Shown: positions 40,626-49,063 of the stretch, piece by piece
Position numbering within the stretch: position 1 is the stretch's first letter
Layout of the letters: each line of letters opens with the position of its first letter
Origin: a virus
Lineage: Duplodnaviria > Caudoviricetes
IMG/VR virus record: IMGVR_UViG_3300005758_000087
Coordinates: 1 to 64,000 of that record
DNA: 64,000 nt
Reading direction: 5' to 3' (one strand)
Translations under genes and position numbers: made by a program
The notes under the pieces: generated by a model
What the model was told of the DNA's origin: nothing
The model's database searches: none
What the model saw: only the letters and a program-made list of their open reading frames with translations

Positions 40626-41042
40626 TTATACGCTCACTTCAAATCTAAAGTTGTCAGGATCATCTACTAGCTGAGATTCTTGTACCTCAGTCCATTTACC
40701 ATCTATTCTAATTTCGATCTTAATTTTTGTCAACTCTTCGGCAACCTTGCGATCAATTTGGTCCAGCATACCAGTGCGCCTTAACGTTTCGAGCCGGTGC
40801 CATTCTTTGAATTCTTTCGTTTCGCACATTTTGACGAAGGCGTCTCTTCGGTTTTCAAGTTGACTACGGCTAGATTCACTGTAACCTTTGGCGCCTGATT
40901 CTCTATGGCGACAATGAACTGCACTTGAAGTTTTATTCTTTTTTTGTCCGCCACTTCCAGTTCCTCGTGTATAGCTCCAGTCACAATCATCCTTGGTTAC
41001 GCTAAACAACAGTTCACGTTTCTTTTCCATAATATTATCCAT
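40626..41042 (-). CDS. RF-1 domain (GGQ) peptidyl-tRNA hydrolase-like protein
   Basis: YTRGTGSGGQKKNKTSSAV.CRH..SG......SRSQLENR. Confidence 0.85.
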   Translation of the reverse strand: MDNIMEKKRELLFSVTKDDCDWSYTRGTGSGGQKKNKTSSAVHCRHRESGAKGYSESSRSQLENRRDAFVKMCETKEFKEWHRLETLRRTGMLDQIDRKVAEELTKIKIEIRIDGKWTEVQESQLVDDPDNFRFEVSV

Positions 41043-41045
41043 TAG

Positions 41046-41435
41046 TTAAACTAAATCCACTTCTTTAGTCAATTCTTTTACATACAGGTATGGCAATAGT
41101 AATAGTACAGCAGGATGTGGGTCTAGTTCAGACCACATCAATAGTTGGTCATAGGACATGTTTAGGTATTTCTCGCAGTTATCGTAGGCAATAAAAGCTA
41201 GTATCGCGTCCCTTGCCGCATAACTTGCCGTATTCCATACCGCATCCATTGCCGCATTCAATGCCGCATCTTTTGCTGGATCCCCTGCCGCATAACTTGC
41301 CGTATTCCATACCGCATCCCATTTCGCACTTTTTGCTGAATCCCATGCCGTAATCCATGTGTCGGCGTTATCTTTCAATGTTTGGAGTACCCAATCAATA
41401 TGCTTCGCATTTGGCAGTTTTGACCACTCAGACAT
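41046..41435 (-). CDS. Tetrapeptide-repeat paralog 1
   Basis: MSEWSKLPNAKHIDWVLQ + (xAWD)n core + IAYDNCEKYL..SY..LLMW..LDPHPA. Confidence 0.75.
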   Translation of the reverse strand: MSEWSKLPNAKHIDWVLQTLKDNADTWITAWDSAKSAKWDAVWNTASYAAGDPAKDAALNAAMDAVWNTASYAARDAILAFIAYDNCEKYLNMSYDQLLMWSELDPHPAVLLLLPYLYVKELTKEVDLV

Positions 41436-41895
41436 TTTCAATCTCTTTATCTTCGATCTTTTCTTTTACGAACAAGTACGGGAGCAACAGCACACAAGCA
41501 GGGTGTGGGTCTAGTTCAGACCACATCAATAGCTGGTCATAGGACATTTTTAGGTACTTCTCGCAGTTATCATACGCAATTAAGGCACGAAGCACACACC
41601 TTGCCGCCTCCATTTCTGTAACCCTTGCCGGATCCCATACTGCCGGATCACTTGACGCATCCGATATCTCATCCCATATCGCGAGCAATGCCGGATTCCA
41701 TGCCTGCAACACATCCTCGTATGCCGTAACTCTTGCCGCCTGCAATATATCATCGTATGCCGTAACTCTTGCCGCCTTCAACTCCCCATTCCTTGATGTG
41801 GTTAGTGACCCGGCCCATTCTTTGGGGTTATCTTTCAATGTTTGGAGTACCCAATCGATGTGCTTTGCGTTTTGTAGGTGTGCCCACTCAGACAT
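41428..41895 (-). CDS. Tetrapeptide-repeat paralog 2
   Basis: Same N- and C-terminal blocks, different core. Confidence 0.75.
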   Translation of the reverse strand: MSEWAHLQNAKHIDWVLQTLKDNPKEWAGSLTTSRNGELKAARVTAYDDILQAARVTAYEDVLQAWNPALLAIWDEISDASSDPAVWDPARVTEMEAARCVLRALIAYDNCEKYLKMSYDQLLMWSELDPHPACVLLLPYLFVKEKIEDKEIENV

Positions 41896-42319
41896 TCGCA
41901 GTCTCCTTGCTTCTGGTTTCTTCTTTTACGAACAAGTACGGAAGTAACAAAACACAAGCAGGGTGTGGATCTAACTTATTCCACATCAGTAATTCCTCAT
42001 ATGACATGTTTAGGTACTTCTCACAATCATCATACGCAATTAAGGCGCGAAGCGAACCCCTTGCCGCCTTCCATGTCGCCTCCCATACCGTACTCCTTAC
42101 CGCACCTCTTGTTCCGATCCATGCCGCATCCCAGGCCTCTTCTCGTCCCGCATCCCATATCGCGAGCAATACCGCAGCCCTTGCCGAATGCCATGCCGCA
42201 ATACCTACTACGGGTTTCGCTGCGGTCCATGCATTAACCCACGTGTCGAGATTAGCGTTTACTGACTGAAGTACCCAGTCAATATGCTTCGCATTTGGCA
42301 GATGTGACCATTCGCTCAT
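41888..42319 (-). CDS. Tetrapeptide-repeat paralog 3
   Basis: Same N- and C-terminal blocks, different core. Confidence 0.75.
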   Translation of the reverse strand: MSEWSHLPNAKHIDWVLQSVNANLDTWVNAWTAAKPVVGIAAWHSARAAVLLAIWDAGREEAWDAAWIGTRGAVRSTVWEATWKAARGSLRALIAYDDCEKYLNMSYEELLMWNKLDPHPACVLLLPYLFVKEETRSKETANV

Positions 42320-42561
42320 TTTTCAACTCCGAAAGTTGGTTGCGGATATCCAAAACGATCCTCAATTAGTGATACATAGTATCCTGCTTTTCTTGTTTCA
42401 CTTTCCATTATTGAGTTGGCGCATTCAGCAACAATCAACTCGGCGAACTTTTCCAATCCGTCGTAGGTATAAACCATACAACCTTTTTCGCCGCCAACAT
42501 GTTGATTGAGATCAACAAAACCTTTAGCCTGTTCAGCAAGTTCTCGAATTCGTTCGTTCAT
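42316..42561 (-). CDS. MNERI-family small protein
   Basis: MNERIRELAEQA...EKFAELIVAEC...FGVEK. Confidence 0.75.
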   Translation of the reverse strand: MNERIRELAEQAKGFVDLNQHVGGEKGCMVYTYDGLEKFAELIVAECANSIMESETRKAGYYVSLIEDRFGYPQPTFGVEK

Positions 42562-42740
42562 GCATTCCTCAATCCTATTCTACTATATCCAAGTTTTGAT
42601 TTAGTTTCTCGACGGCTTTCTCTTTGATTACCAAATCGTTTTAAACAAGCAAGGTAACCTGCTAGGTAGCTATCCCAGTCTAATTTGGAATCTTCTGCAA
42701 CATAATCTCGCTTGACTCGTTCGACGAATTCTGGTGTCAT
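42558..42740 (-). CDS. Hypothetical protein
   Basis: 60 aa; starts within a junction repeat. Confidence 0.6.
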   Translation of the reverse strand: MTPEFVERVKRDYVAEDSKLDWDSYLAGYLACLKRFGNQRESRRETKSKLGYSRIGLRNA

Positions 42741-42743
42741 TCT

Positions 42744-43064
42744 TCAACTCCACCTCAATAACCAAATAGTTTTTTCATGAGGATCATTGAACCTTAGTCT
42801 CAGATCCCATTTCATTTTGTCGGTATTGTAGTACTGTTCTACAGTATAGTTACCGGGATACTTCTTCTGCATCCACTTATATGCATTGGCTTCGATGTCT
42901 GCTTCGGTAACAGTGGTGGTGCCGCCTGCTCCCACTACACCATTGATACCGTTGCCCAATCTACTCAAATAACTCTGCCAAGTATCCTTAACAGGTTGTG
43001 GAATGTTTGAAGCATAAAAGGCTCCTGCATCTGATGTAGAAGTTCCCTTGTATCTCACGGTCAT
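42744..43064 (-). CDS. Hypothetical protein ending in an LRW motif
   Basis: 106 aa; C-terminus LRFNDPHEKTIWLLRWS resembles the 62-63.7 kb family. Confidence 0.6.
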   Translation of the reverse strand: MTVRYKGTSTSDAGAFYASNIPQPVKDTWQSYLSRLGNGINGVVGAGGTTTVTEADIEANAYKWMQKKYPGNYTVEQYYNTDKMKWDLRLRFNDPHEKTIWLLRWS

Positions 43065-43306
43065 TCTTCAACTCCGAAATGTTGTTTAATCTTCTGACTG
43101 GCATTTTGTATAGTCCAAAAATAGGGGTCGCTATCTTCAGGATCGGCCATGTCATCTACAACTGCTACACATTCTCTCACAATCAATTCGGCGAACTTTT
43201 CTAATTCAGATTCAGCAACTTCATATTTGGTCGGGGTTCCAGAAAACTGAAATGAAGATAGATTTACTCCAGCCTGTTCAGCAAGTTCTCGGATTCGTTC
43301 GTTCAT
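43061..43306 (-). CDS. MNERI-family small protein
   Basis: MNERIRELAEQAG...EKFAELIVREC...HFGVEE. Confidence 0.75.
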   Translation of the reverse strand: MNERIRELAEQAGVNLSSFQFSGTPTKYEVAESELEKFAELIVRECVAVVDDMADPEDSDPYFWTIQNASQKIKQHFGVEE

Positions 43307-44497
43307 TTAGAAGCACCTCAAGATGATCATATTTTCATTAAAGCGACCGTTTGGTTGAGTCACTACTGCTTTGATGCTATCAAAGAATTTACGTGCTGCA
43401 GGTTTACTACCCATCACCTCTTTAATTTGCTCACCTGGCTTACGAAGTGTTTTAACTTCACTTTTAGCGGTATCGAAGCCAAGAATTGTATTACCCTTTA
43501 CAGTGAAAGTCTGACTGTACTGGTCAGCAATGTAGTGATGTAGTTTGCGTTTTGCAGTGTCATATACCCACGCTTCACTAGCACCATGCAGTTTAGTAGG
43601 ATGCACACTTACCAGATCAAGCTTGAGTGCAGGATCCTTATACTCTTTGAGGTACTTGAGTTTAGCTACAATTTTCTCTACCGGTACAGGCTTCCGCTTA
43701 CGTGGAGTCTTTGCTGCCTTCTTCACACTGATATAACTATTGAGGTCGCTCATTACCGTTTCAATAGCTTTAATCATGTTTTTGATTTGCACCTTGCCGA
43801 ATTGACTGTAACCTTCAACTAGTTGCGGGTCTTTACCTTCTTGCACTTCTTCAAACTCTGTTAGAGTTTTCTTCCAAGTATCTAGGATAATAGGAATATG
43901 TTGCGGAAGAATATTATACTTTGCAAGAATGTCAATAGGCTTGCCCGGCAAGCTTCCTTTTGCACCTGCAATAACAAACTCGTCAAACAAGCCAGCAATC
44001 TCGCCTGCTGCTTCACGTGTTTTTTCTTTCATAATTTCTTGAACGTTAGGGCGATTTACCGGTTCTTTTTCTTCTACTTCAATTTCTTGAGGCGTCAGTT
44101 GCGACTTAAACACAGTTTCAGGCTTGTGTACACAAGTCATGAGCCGGGTCAATTCATTTTGCAGCGACATTTCCTCATGTTCGGTAAGTTGCAAGCCGCG
44201 CAACGTCATACGTGCTAGCCAACCATATGTACTAAGAATTTCGCTTTCGGGTACTTTAGCTAGTACTTTTGCATCGGCTTTTCGGTCATTGTATTCCATA
44301 TATTGGATCATCAATTCTTTGGCTTCTTTTCTACCATAAAAACGATTGTACCAACCAAATGCTCGGGCTAGTGCGCTTGTACGGAATTCTGGATCTGGCT
44401 GGACTGCAAAGAATGGCTCGTCACCAGTGTATTTTGTGTCGGGGTCTTTTGGATTTAGGGCTTTAATGTATTGATCTTCTGATTTCTTTTTAGCCAT
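43307..44497 (-). CDS. Conserved hypothetical early protein
   Basis: 396 aa; first gene behind a perfect sigma70 promoter; GGAG RBS. Confidence 0.7.
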   Translation of the reverse strand: MAKKKSEDQYIKALNPKDPDTKYTGDEPFFAVQPDPEFRTSALARAFGWYNRFYGRKEAKELMIQYMEYNDRKADAKVLAKVPESEILSTYGWLARMTLRGLQLTEHEEMSLQNELTRLMTCVHKPETVFKSQLTPQEIEVEEKEPVNRPNVQEIMKEKTREAAGEIAGLFDEFVIAGAKGSLPGKPIDILAKYNILPQHIPIILDTWKKTLTEFEEVQEGKDPQLVEGYSQFGKVQIKNMIKAIETVMSDLNSYISVKKAAKTPRKRKPVPVEKIVAKLKYLKEYKDPALKLDLVSVHPTKLHGASEAWVYDTAKRKLHHYIADQYSQTFTVKGNTILGFDTAKSEVKTLRKPGEQIKEVMGSKPAARKFFDSIKAVVTQPNGRFNENMIILRCF

Positions 44498-44527
44498 AAT
44501 TTGCTCCTATACTTAATGATGTTGATG

Positions 44528-44556
44528 ATTATACATGAATCTCATTTTATTGTCAA
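44528..44556 (-). promoter_or_regulatory. Perfect-consensus sigma70 early promoter
   Basis: TTGACA-ATAAAATGAGATTCATG(17)-TATAAT. Confidence 0.85.
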
Positions 44557-44563
44557 GTGTTGT

Positions 44564-44571
44564 CATAAATA
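44564..44571 (+). promoter_or_regulatory. Putative late promoter CATAAATA
   Basis: 20 nt upstream of the gp14-like gene, back-to-back with the sigma70 promoter. Confidence 0.6.
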
Positions 44572-44590
44572 TAATTAACAGGATTATAAC

Positions 44591-46510
44591 ATGCCACGAA
44601 TATCATTATATCGCCCCGAAAAAGCAAACGATTACAAATTTCTTGATAAAACTATAAAAGAAATGTTGGTTGTGGGCGGAACGGACTTATATGTACATAA
44701 ATATTTAGGAGTAGCCAACACCGGACCAAGTAGAGATTTCACACAACCGCAATATGATCAATTAGACCCTACCAATATTCAAGACTTGCTATTTTTAGAA
44801 AACCGAGATAGAAAATACGATAGCACTATTTACAGAATTCGCGGGCATTATAATGTACAAAATTTAGATTTTGATTTAAGTCAATTTGGGCTATTTTTAA
44901 ATAACGATATTGTTTTCATTACCGTGCATTATAACGAAATGATTGAATTATTGGGTAGAAAACTAATGGTAGGTGACGTTTTAGAATTACCTCATCTAAC
45001 AGATTATCATCCATTAAATGACCAAATACCAATTGGTCTGCGCAGATACTATCAAATAACTGATGCCAACTTTGCCAGTGAAGGATTCAGCCAAACTTGG
45101 TATCCGCATCTGTGGAGAATCAAATGTGAGCCATTGATTGACAGCCAAGAATTTTCTAACATTCTCAGTCAGCCACTAGAAAAAGATAATTATTTAGGAG
45201 ACTGGGATTCTACTAAAGAGTACATAGCAGGATATACGGTAACATATGGCGATAACACATACACTCCCAAATTACCCGGCCCGGTGCCGGCAGGAATCGC
45301 ACCCACTGACAATACATATTGGGAGCTTAGCACTGCTGATAATTTAAGAGATATAATAGCCAGATATAATAAAAACATAGAAGTTAATAACGCAGTTATA
45401 GCAGAGGCTGCTAGACTAGTTCCTAAAAATGGCTATGACAGAAGCCAATTATATGTAGTACCCACGCAAAATGGTGAGCCAGCACCCCCAGTAAATATAG
45501 TAGTTTCACCCGGAAGTCCTACTCCAACCCGAGCTACGGTATTCATGATGCGAAGTAGTGCCTATAGCAATCCTAGTCCGGTATTACGAATCGGTGCAGA
45601 AGCTAGAAAAAAACTCTTTGAACTTAGCACAGATGACCAAAATGCCTTGCGCGAATTTATTGCATTAAGTTTAAAAACCGCAAAATTAAATCCCGAAAGG
45701 ACTGATACTGGAAGCGGGCAGGTCGACGGTACTCTAGTGCTGACTGCCAAAGCAAATGGACCAATAACCGGTCCATATGGGACTGCGGATAATACATATA
45801 GCACCGCTGATCAGTTTCCTCCGTTTACTGTAACTAGTTCTATAAATATTCCCATAAGAAGTCAAACTATTTCGATTTTAGGGTTAGAACCTAACCAAGA
45901 CATAGCACCACAAAATTTAATTAGTGCCGCGGTTACTAGCTTAGCCGGAATAACAAATAACATATTTGCAGAAAACACAAGAGTAGTAAGTGTTAATAAG
46001 TTAAACAACACCTTTACTATTGATAAACCCACAATTTATGCTATGCCTGCTGGTACTGCTATTAATGTCGAACCAAATTTTGATCTTACTAAAAATCCAA
46101 TAAGTTTGCAAATGAATTATAGGGCGGACTGTGATCCTAGATTTGCATATATAGCGCGTAGTACACCAAACGGATTTGGTTATAGTGATGGATACATGAT
46201 CGGCGACGGTACTGCTCCAAACGGGTTACCAGTTGGCTCAGGTATTGTGTTTCCGGCTAATCCCAATTTAGGAGATTACTTCTTAAGAACTGATTACTTA
46301 CCTAATTTATTGTATAGATATGACGGAAATTTATGGGTAAGAATAGGTGTTAATACACGTTCTAGTGTAGGATTCGAGAGTACTGATCCTAGCAATCAAT
46401 CACAAATGGCTAGCTTTATCAATAACGAACAAACACTTACATTGACTGACGGAACTGTTATACCACAGCAACAACCCCTAAGCTCAATTTTAACTATACA
46501 ACCGGATTAA
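44591..46510 (+). CDS. gp14: Neck / head-closure protein (gp14-like), extended
   Basis: MPRISLY, QDLLFLENRDRKY, FGLFL.ND, GDVLELP, YPHLWRIKC; large C-terminal extension; precedes the gp15-like gene. Confidence 0.65.
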   Translation: MPRISLYRPEKANDYKFLDKTIKEMLVVGGTDLYVHKYLGVANTGPSRDFTQPQYDQLDPTNIQDLLFLENRDRKYDSTIYRIRGHYNVQNLDFDLSQFGLFLNNDIVFITVHYNEMIELLGRKLMVGDVLELPHLTDYHPLNDQIPIGLRRYYQITDANFASEGFSQTWYPHLWRIKCEPLIDSQEFSNILSQPLEKDNYLGDWDSTKEYIAGYTVTYGDNTYTPKLPGPVPAGIAPTDNTYWELSTADNLRDIIARYNKNIEVNNAVIAEAARLVPKNGYDRSQLYVVPTQNGEPAPPVNIVVSPGSPTPTRATVFMMRSSAYSNPSPVLRIGAEARKKLFELSTDDQNALREFIALSLKTAKLNPERTDTGSGQVDGTLVLTAKANGPITGPYGTADNTYSTADQFPPFTVTSSINIPIRSQTISILGLEPNQDIAPQNLISAAVTSLAGITNNIFAENTRVVSVNKLNNTFTIDKPTIYAMPAGTAINVEPNFDLTKNPISLQMNYRADCDPRFAYIARSTPNGFGYSDGYMIGDGTAPNGLPVGSGIVFPANPNLGDYFLRTDYLPNLLYRYDGNLWVRIGVNTRSSVGFESTDPSNQSQMASFINNEQTLTLTDGTVIPQQQPLSSILTIQPD

Positions 46511-46518
46511 TATAAAAT

Positions 46519-47889
46519 ATGGCAAATTACTTCTATGATTCTCAAATACGCAGATTTTTAATTCAATTTGCTCGAATATTTTCTAACTGGCAAGTTACTA
46601 AGGGAAAAGATCCTGCAGGAAATAATATTTTAGTGAGAGTTCCTATACAGTACGGCGACTCAAGCAGGTTAGCCTCTGCAATTCAAGCTAATAACAGTGC
46701 AAGTAGTTTACCGTCAGCTCCATTAATAACATATTACATTACTGGATTAGAGTATGATCAAAAAAGAACACAAGATCCTTATTTCATAGACAAAACTAGT
46801 GTTCGGCAACGGCAGTACAATCCAGAAACACAAAGCTATACTACCACACAAGGTCAAGCATTTACTGTTGAAAGAATAATGCCGGTACCTTATACATTAA
46901 GAATTACCGTAGACTTTTGGACTACTAATTATCAGCAAAAATTAGAGTTAATAGAACAATTAGGAGTGCTGTTTAATCCTAGTATGGAATTACAAAGTAC
47001 GGATAACTTTATCGACTGGACTTCACTTAGCGTAGTATATCAGGATGGATTAACATTTAGCAGTAGGACTATACCGCAAGGAACAGGTAACCCAATAGAT
47101 ATTTTAAGTTGGAAATTTTACATGCCCATATGGATAAGTTCCAGTTCTAAAATCAAAAAACTGGGAGTTATTCATAAAATCATTGCAAGTATTTTTAAAG
47201 GAAATGCTTTAACAGATATGCAAGACGATGATTTATTATTGGGGACCAGACAAAAAATAACACCATATGGATATAAACTATTACTGATAGGCAATAGCTT
47301 ACAGATACTTCCAGCAGATCAAGATTTTTATCCTAGAAATAATTCGTTAGACTTGCCGAATAATCCCAATACTGACGTATATTGGCAAAGTGTCTTAAAT
47401 GTATACGGAACTGTAAGACCCGGTATTAGTCAAATTTGGCTTCAAAATCCATATATGGAGACAGAAATTGTCGGAACTATAGCATTTAATCCCACAGATG
47501 ACCGTTTACTAATCTATAATATAGATCCTGATACCTTACCAGAAAACACATTAGATCCGGTGAATAGTATTATAAATCCATTAGTAAAGGGTCCCGGACA
47601 TGGATTACCAGAAGCCGAACTAGGCCAGCGATACTTAATAGTAGAGGATATAGGCAATGACGTTAACGATGCACCTTCATTAGCCTGGGGCGGATTGGTA
47701 GCCAAAGCCAATAGTATTATAGAATATGACGGATCGAATTGGTTTGTAAGTTTCGATAGCCAAAGTTTTACTGATGTTCAATATGTTACCAACTTAACAA
47801 CCGGAGTTCAATATAGGTATGCTGAAAATATTTGGATGAAATCATATGAAGGTTGGTACGGTCAAGGAGATTATTCTATTGTAATCTAA
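46519..47889 (+). CDS. gp15: Tail completion / sheath stabiliser (gp15-like), extended
   Basis: YFYDSQIRRFLIQF, VPIQYG, MPVPY.L, QKLELIEQ..VLFNP. Confidence 0.75.
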   Translation: MANYFYDSQIRRFLIQFARIFSNWQVTKGKDPAGNNILVRVPIQYGDSSRLASAIQANNSASSLPSAPLITYYITGLEYDQKRTQDPYFIDKTSVRQRQYNPETQSYTTTQGQAFTVERIMPVPYTLRITVDFWTTNYQQKLELIEQLGVLFNPSMELQSTDNFIDWTSLSVVYQDGLTFSSRTIPQGTGNPIDILSWKFYMPIWISSSSKIKKLGVIHKIIASIFKGNALTDMQDDDLLLGTRQKITPYGYKLLLIGNSLQILPADQDFYPRNNSLDLPNNPNTDVYWQSVLNVYGTVRPGISQIWLQNPYMETEIVGTIAFNPTDDRLLIYNIDPDTLPENTLDPVNSIINPLVKGPGHGLPEAELGQRYLIVEDIGNDVNDAPSLAWGGLVAKANSIIEYDGSNWFVSFDSQSFTDVQYVTNLTTGVQYRYAENIWMKSYEGWYGQGDYSIVI

Positions 47890-47906
47890 CCTAGATAAAT
47901 CATAGT

Positions 47907-48335
47907 ATGAACGTTCAAACTATAGCCGCCGGAATTTTTTTTTATAGCACTACTACAAAAAGATTTTTATATTTGCTACGAGCCATTGATAAAAATGCCA
48001 ATTCCAATAATTGGGGGCTGCCCGGCGGAAAAATAGAAAAAAATGAAACGTTGTACGCCGGGTTAGAAAGAGAATGCATGGAAGAATTAGATTACTTCCC
48101 ACATGAGGCTAAACTAATTCCTATACAAAAATTTGTGAATAATTCTTTCGTTTATCACACCTTTTTCTGCAAACTAGAAAAAGAATTTATTCCAAAATTA
48201 AACGAAGAGCACATAGGATACTGCTGGATAGATCGTCACAACTTTCCTAAACCATTGCATCCCGGTTTGTTTAATACTGTAAATTTTGAAATAGTAAAAG
48301 AAAAATTAGAAAAATTATTATCTAAGATTGAATAA
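47907..48335 (+). CDS. NUDIX hydrolase
   Basis: WGLPGGKIEKNETLYAGLERECMEELD Nudix box. Confidence 0.9.
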   Translation: MNVQTIAAGIFFYSTTTKRFLYLLRAIDKNANSNNWGLPGGKIEKNETLYAGLERECMEELDYFPHEAKLIPIQKFVNNSFVYHTFFCKLEKEFIPKLNEEHIGYCWIDRHNFPKPLHPGLFNTVNFEIVKEKLEKLLSKIE

Positions 48336-49001
48336 TAAAATTTCAGGCTCTTCTTCAGGATCAGTGATGTTTAATTCAGATTCATTTTCAAAACTAAAAC
48401 CAGAACCCACATATCCTTCAATACCATTAATCGTAGCAGACCCGTTAATTATGTACAGATAATATCTTCTATTACTGTCCAAATTACACTTATAATTTTT
48501 TGTAAAAATTCCTGCACTTAATTTTGCGTAACTTTGTATAACAATAGGACCCTCACTGCTTGCTATGGGACAAAAGGTATCAAGTTTTTCTTCTCTATCG
48601 AATACCCAAACATCGTATTTAGGTGCAAAATTATGTCTTGCTGCACGTAACCATATTTGCAAATAATGTATTGGTTCATCGCTTAAATTACCCTCGCAAT
48701 GCCATATTCCTGTGCCGCAACTCATTCTTTGTACAGCCCCGCTCGGTACTTCATGCGTGTTCATTAAATTATCGTTATGAAAACAGGGTCCTTTTACTAC
48801 GTATCCTAAAATTTCAATATCGTTATGTTGATGCACTGGGGTAAAATTTTTAGGCTGTACTATGTCATCATTAATTACTTCAATATCGCTATAGTTTGTG
48901 TAATTTGGATCATTGTATGTATTATTACTAAATGAACGTTTGGATTGAATCCATCCAAAATCGAAATGTCCTCTGGTTTCTGGTAATCTATGCTTGATCA
49001 T
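48318..49001 (-). CDS. Pirin-family cupin (YhhW-like)
   Basis: RGHFDFGWIQS..SFS; H.H.DIEILGYV..G..H.D; QRMSCGTGIWHCE; LQIW. Confidence 0.9.
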   Translation of the reverse strand: MIKHRLPETRGHFDFGWIQSKRSFSNNTYNDPNYTNYSDIEVINDDIVQPKNFTPVHQHNDIEILGYVVKGPCFHNDNLMNTHEVPSGAVQRMSCGTGIWHCEGNLSDEPIHYLQIWLRAARHNFAPKYDVWVFDREEKLDTFCPIASSEGPIVIQSYAKLSAGIFTKNYKCNLDSNRRYYLYIINGSATINGIEGYVGSGFSFENESELNITDPEEEPEILLFNLR

Positions 49002-49014
49002 GCATATATTTAAT

Positions 49015-49039
49015 AAAAAAGCGGCAGCTGCCGCTTTTT
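49015..49039 (-). terminator. Intrinsic terminator
   Basis: AAAAAAGCGGC-AGCT-GCCGCTTTTT. Confidence 0.85.
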
Positions 49040-49063
49040 GTTTTTGAAACTAATTATTGTCGA

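Larger units (their letters stand above)
39450..43075 (-). repeat. Gene-junction repeat GGAGTTGAA(G/A)AATGA
   Basis: On the + strand TCATT(C/T)TTCAACTCC at 39450, 39961, 40349, 42316, 42737 and 43061; variants at 39651 and 39821. Confidence 0.85.

Noticed and set aside
41046-42319. Diversity-generating retroelement explanation for the variable cores
   Set aside because: No reverse transcriptase or TR/VR pair in the window, and variation is not adenine-specific (A positions within the 12-nt unit are conserved).
39450-43075. CRISPR array or integron attC interpretation of the junction repeats
   Set aside because: Repeats are about 15 nt, non-palindromic, and separated by whole genes of variable length; no cas or integrase genes seen.
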